This document shows positions 59,376 through 64,000 of a stretch of DNA of 64,000 nt, one piece after another. The first letter of the stretch is position 1. Every line of letters begins with the position of its first letter. This DNA is from an uncultured delta proteobacterium (GTDB lineage: Bacteria > Desulfobacterota > Desulfobacteria > Desulfobacterales > JAFDCJ01): the NCBI GenBank assembly GCA_963769935.1, contig CAVYNY010000016.1, positions 1-64,000 of the forward strand, written 5' to 3'. The position numbers and the translations under genes are program-made. The notes under the pieces are model-generated. The model was not told the DNA's origin, did no database searches, and saw nothing but the letters and a program-made list of their open reading frames with translations.

Positions 59376-60711
59376 TCAAATTTCGGTGTTTTTTAACCCC
59401 TTGACATCAATGTTGTACTTTTTTATACGATGCCACAGGCTGCGCTGATTTATTCCCAGGAGTTCTGTAGCCCTTACCTGAACCCCGCCGGTTTTTCGCA
59501 AGGCTTCGATGATCATGCTTTTTTCAATTTCCCGCAGTCGTTCGTCCAGAGCGAGATTGACCGGAATCTTGAAATCCGAATTGTTTGGATTGTTAAATAA
59601 GCCGGTAATTTTAGCCGGAAGCTGGGCAGGCTCGATGTATCCGTTTTCGGCGATTACAGAGGCGCTCTCAATCGTATTCTGCAATTCCCGAATGTTTCCC
59701 GGCCACGAGAACGCTACCAGCATTTGAAGGGCCACCGATGAAATTTCAACTTTTTTGGGGGCATTCTGCAGGAAATAGTCTACCAGCAGGGGGATATCTT
59801 CTTTTCGCTCCCGCAAGGGCGGAAGGTGAAGGGTAAAGACATTCAACCGGTAAAATAAATCCTCGCGAAAGGTGGCCTTCCTGAACCATCCTTTCAAGGT
59901 TCTTATTCGTTGAAGCAATGATGCGAACATCCACCCTAATGGTGCGGCTGCCGCCGACCCGGTAAAATTCCTGTTCCTGAAGTACCCGCAGGATTTTTGC
60001 CTGCAGATTTAAGGGCATGTCGCCGATTTCATCGAGAAAAATGGTTCCGCCATCGGCCATATCGAATTTGCCGGGCTTAAATTTGGCGGCCCCGGTAAAC
60101 GCACCTTTTTCGTGTCCGAACAATTCACTTTCCAGCAACTCGGCCGGAATGGCGGCGCAATTAAGTTTAATAAACGGTTTATCATTGCGTTCGCTGTTCT
60201 CATGGATACTGGTGGCGATCAGCTCTTTGCCGGTGCCGCTTTCGCCCAGAATGAGAACAGTGGAATCGGTCGGGGATACTTTACGGATCAAGCTTAACAA
60301 CCCTCGCATGGTCAGACTTTCCCCGATGATATCCGGAAAAAAATTACGGGCATCCATGCGGCTGAGCACCGATGTGACCTGATCGAAAACACTGGAAAAC
60401 TGCTGAATTCTATCGACCGACCAGTCTTTTTTCCTGGTTTTGGGCGATCCGGAAAAGTGGGCGAATTTACTGGCTTTTTCGACAAAATCCTCGACCGGTT
60501 TGAGTATGAGGCGCACCATCGCAAAACCGGCCGCATAAGCAAAAAAGCTGATGACAATGATAAACCAGAAGACCGGTCGTGCCGGCTCCACGCCGTGCAG
60601 CATACCATATTTGGTCAGCCGGAAGGAGACAATGGCGGCAAATATCGTAAAACCCGTGAAGATAAAAGGAATGATGATATACAGACTTATGTAGAAGCGC
60701 GAGTGTTTCAT
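59376..60711 (-). CDS. Sigma-54 activator with two N-terminal TM helices; frameshift near 59880
   Basis: [52 protein letters not shown]. Confidence 0.88.
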
Positions 60712-60715
60712 GACC

Positions 60716-61936
60716 TTACTTCGCCATCAGGGTCAAATCCCACATCGGCAGAAAAATCGCGGTGGCAAAAAAACCGACCACGGCCGCCAGTCCAATGGTC
60801 AACAGCGGTCCGATGGCCTCGGATAGTTTTTTCATGGCATACTCAACTTCGGTATCGTAGTGTTTGGCCACATCCTTCATCAATTCCTCAAGGTTGCCGG
60901 ATTCTTCACCGATAGCCACCATGTTGATGAGCATGGGAGTAAAATATTTGGCCGAACTCAAAGGTCCCGCAATTCCATGGCCTTCAGCCAGACGGTCTCT
61001 GATCCCCGTCAATTCACGGGAAATAGCAGAATTGCCGATGGTTTCGGATAAAATATCCATCACCTGCAGAATATCTACTCCGCTGGCCTGTAAAATGGAA
61101 AATATGCTGGCAAAGCGGGATATGGCGCTTTTTATGAACAAAGGCCCCACGATAGGCAGCTTCATCATTGCCGTATAAAATACGTACTTGCCGTTCTCGG
61201 TCCGCAGGTAATAGTATAAAGCCACCCCGCCGACCACCAAAATACTCATAAGAATGTACCAGTATTGGACAATGGCGGTGTACAACAGCATGCAGATCTG
61301 AGTCGGCAACGGAAGTTTCAGGCCGGCGCTTTTGAAAATGTCCACAAAACGGGGAATGACTCCCGTCAGCAGCACAAAAAAGGCAACAAACAGAAAGCAA
61401 ACCACGATAATCGGATACATCAGGGCGGCTTTAATGTCGGATTTTACCCGGTGTTCGTGTTCGATGATGTAAGTCAGGCGATCGAGCACCTCGTTCAGAG
61501 CACCGCTGGTTTCTCCGGCTTTGAGCATGTTGCAATACAGCGGTGAGAAGGCTTTGGGGTGTTTTCGAAAGGCTTCATGCAAACTGGAGCCTTCCTTGAT
61601 GTCCCGGTGGATGGTGCCCAGAATCCTGCGCAGTTTCGGATGCTCGGTTTGCTCTTCCAAAACCTTCAACAGAGACAACATCGGCACGCCGGCACGAATC
61701 AAGGTATTGAACTGCTTGGTAAAAAGTATCAATTCCGGGGCTTTAATCGGGGAAAGAGAATCAAGGAGGCTGCCCACTTGAGCACCGGATACCGCAGAGC
61801 GTTCTTCCTTGACCCGGGTCGGAATATATCCCTGGGAGGCCAGCAAGCTGCTGGCTTTCTCGGCAGATTCGGCCTCGACTTCACCGGTTGTGGTTGTACC
61901 GTCCTCGGTGATGGCGCGGTAGCTGAATTTTGGCAT
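60716..61936 (-). CDS. Type II secretion F / PilC / MshG platform protein
   Basis: [41 protein letters not shown]. Confidence 0.93.
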   Translation of the reverse strand: MPKFSYRAITEDGTTTTGEVEAESAEKASSLLASQGYIPTRVKEERSAVSGAQVGSLLDSLSPIKAPELILFTKQFNTLIRAGVPMLSLLKVLEEQTEHPKLRRILGTIHRDIKEGSSLHEAFRKHPKAFSPLYCNMLKAGETSGALNEVLDRLTYIIEHEHRVKSDIKAALMYPIIVVCFLFVAFFVLLTGVIPRFVDIFKSAGLKLPLPTQICMLLYTAIVQYWYILMSILVVGGVALYYYLRTENGKYVFYTAMMKLPIVGPLFIKSAISRFASIFSILQASGVDILQVMDILSETIGNSAISRELTGIRDRLAEGHGIAGPLSSAKYFTPMLINMVAIGEESGNLEELMKDVAKHYDTEVEYAMKKLSEAIGPLLTIGLAAVVGFFATAIFLPMWDLTLMAK

Positions 61937-61972
61937 AATGATCTCGGTTTCGAATTCTTTATTTTAGGTTTC

Positions 61973-62167
61973 AGGTTTCGGGTGTCAGCCCAACCGCCGG
62001 CCAAAACAACGGCCGATCTGATCGAAAAAAAACATATTGGTTCACCGCAGAGCCCGCAGCCTCCGGCCCATAGGGCCTACGCCCCGGTGGGAGAACGCCG
62101 AGAAAGAAAAGTTAAATTAATCTCTGCGCTCTCTGCGCTCTCAGCGGTGAGACACTTCGTAAAAATG
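61973..62167. repeat. Composite repeat, inverted copy of 15708-15896
   Basis: See 15708-15896; sits inside the pilus operon. Confidence 0.85.
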
Positions 62168-62425
62168 GCATCGAATTTAAGGAAGTTTCATATGAGGTGT
62201 CAGTGTTCAAGTTTCGGACTCACAGCGCTAAACTACACTCGAATTATATGTGTGAAACTTTGTAATTTCGGGGGCTTTTAATTTGTGTCCGATTTCCAAA
62301 ATTCGATATATCGGCCTTTGCCCGGCAACGCTGAGCTGAACCTGAAACCTATATCCAGCAAAAAAGACACCAATGAACGGATATAAGGCGACCGGCCCAA
62401 AAGTGTTGATATGCCTCTACCCGGG

Positions 62426-64000
62426 CTATACCATCACCGCCGATGCCGCCTCTTCCAGGGATGTTATCCCCAGAATCACTTTTTCGGCCGCATTGTCTTT
62501 CAGGGTTGCAAACTCTCTGACTTCTTTGACCTCACGGGTAATCTCATGCGCGGAGACCCGTTTGAGGATCAGATCCTGCACGAGATCGTCAATGACCAGC
62601 ACTTCATAGATCCCGGTCCGGCCTTTGTATCCGGTATGCATACAACTGAAGCATCCCTTGCCCTGCTGAAAATTGGCATTTTCCACGGTATCCAATCCCC
62701 AGAATTTCAGCGCTTCCGTTGGCGGCTGGTAGCTGGTTTTGCAACTCGGACAAACGGTGCGGACCAGCCGCTGGGCAAAGGATACGATCATCACCGAAGC
62801 CACCAGGAAGGGTTCGATCCCCATGTCCATAAAACGTGTGATCGCTCCGGGAGAGTCATTGGTGTGCAGGGTGCTCAGCACCCGGTGTCCGGTCAAGGCG
62901 GCCTGAACTGCAATGTTGGCTGTTTCCGAATCACGTATTTCTCCAACCATGATCACATCCGGATCCTGGCGCAAAATCGAGCGCAGCCCGCTGGCGAAAG
63001 TCATGCCGGCCTTGCGGTTGAGCTGAACCTGGCGAATTTTATCAATCCGATATTCCACCGGGTCCTCCACCGTTATGATGTTGATGTCCGGCTGGTTGAT
63101 TTTCTTCAATATGGAATACAGGCTGGTACTCTTGCCGCTGCCGGTGGGGCCGGTGCTGAGAATCATGCCATAGGGCCTGGCGATCATCGACTCAAGTTTC
63201 AGGCGGTCTTTTTCATTCATACCCAGCCGTTCCAGCGAATAGATGCTGTTGCTGGTATCCAGCAGGCGCAGCACCATGTTTTCACCGTAGATGGAAGGAA
63301 TCGTGGAGGCCCGGATATTAATATCCTTGTTTTTCATTTTAACAGTGAAGCGCCCATCCTGTGGGATTCTGGACACGGCGATATCCATATTGGCCAGTAT
63401 TTTAAGCCGGGAGATAATCGGCAAAAACATTGATTTTGGCGGAGCCGGTACTTCGTGAAGTCGACCGTCCACCCGAAAGCGAACCTGCACCGATTCTTTT
63501 TCAGGGCTGACATGGATATCGCTGGCGCCTTCCCGAACACCCTGCGATAAAATGGAATTGACCAGCCGGACAACCGGTGCTTCTTCGGCCATGCCTTGCA
63601 AGGAACTGACTTCTACATCTTCGGTGGTTGAAGTTTTCTCCTCGGCGGTTTTATCGATTTCCATCTCTTCCATGTCTTCCAGCACACCGCCGATCCCCGC
63701 ATAGCTGCCGTAGAGGCTGTTGAGCAATTGATTCAATTGCTGCTCGGTGCAGATGATGGCTTCGACTTCGCAATTGGTATACACCTCAATGGCATCCAGT
63801 GCATTGATATCCAAAGGGTCCATCATGGCGATTGTCAGCAGAAGTCCGCTTTTATGGAGCGGCGCTGCCTGATATTTGTGGGCAATGTCTGCCGGAAGCA
63901 GGTTGGCAAGATCCACATCGATGGTGTATTTATCCGGCCGGTATTTCTCCAGCCGCAGCTGATTCGAGACCAGATCGACGATCTGACTTTCACTGACAAT
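62426..64000 (-). CDS. GspE/PilB/MshE assembly ATPase (5' end outside window)
   Basis: ASDIH, PQDGR, TGPTGSGKS, TVEDPVEY, LRQDPDVIMVGEIRD, STLHTND, zinc-binding cysteines. Confidence 0.95.
   Translation of the reverse strand: MVSESQIVDLVSNQLRLEKYRPDKYTIDVDLANLLPADIAHKYQAAPLHKSGLLLTIAMMDPLDINALDAIEVYTNCEVEAIICTEQQLNQLLNSLYGSYAGIGGVLEDMEEMEIDKTAEEKTSTTEDVEVSSLQGMAEEAPVVRLVNSILSQGVREGASDIHVSPEKESVQVRFRVDGRLHEVPAPPKSMFLPIISRLKILANMDIAVSRIPQDGRFTVKMKNKDINIRASTIPSIYGENMVLRLLDTSNSIYSLERLGMNEKDRLKLESMIARPYGMILSTGPTGSGKSTSLYSILKKINQPDINIITVEDPVEYRIDKIRQVQLNRKAGMTFASGLRSILRQDPDVIMVGEIRDSETANIAVQAALTGHRVLSTLHTNDSPGAITRFMDMGIEPFLVASVMIVSFAQRLVRTVCPSCKTSYQPPTEALKFWGLDTVENANFQQGKGCFSCMHTGYKGRTGIYEVLVIDDLVQDLILKRVSAHEITREVKEVREFATLKDNAAEKVILGITSLEEAASAVMV

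Overview
Bacterial chromosomal window that looks like a Desulfobacterales-type Desulfobacterota (inferred from gene content: PEP-CTERM/EPS locus, CooC, DUF3426 zinc-ribbon protein, sigma-54 regulators). 1-15.3 kb: minus-strand PEP-CTERM-associated exopolysaccharide and regulatory region (sugar transferase, tyrosine autokinase, chain-length determinant, degenerate sigma-54 activator, PrsT-like TPR lipoprotein, hybrid kinase), with many apparent frameshifts that may be assembly errors. 16-20.3 kb: a mini PEP-CTERM protein, a CBS protein and two divergent toxin-antitoxin pairs. 20.8-49.6 kb: mostly housekeeping genes (polA, dusB, mnmG, DnaJ-class chaperone, ddl, purE, tsaC, divergent purD, tRNA-Met with an integrase remnant, tRNA-Leu). 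49.6-64 kb: TPR proteins, a PAS kinase, a Ski2-like helicase, cooC and a type IV/MSHA-like pilus cluster with a membrane-anchored sigma-54 activator. The most unusual signal is non-coding. Many gene junctions carry arrays of degenerate 7-9 nt tandem repeats, often as inverted pairs starting at or inside a stop codon and ending near the next start. Two such cassettes enclose a four-helix-bundle gene (one full-length, one truncated), and several MITE/REP-like hairpin families are interleaved. All calls are by eye; no database searches were run.
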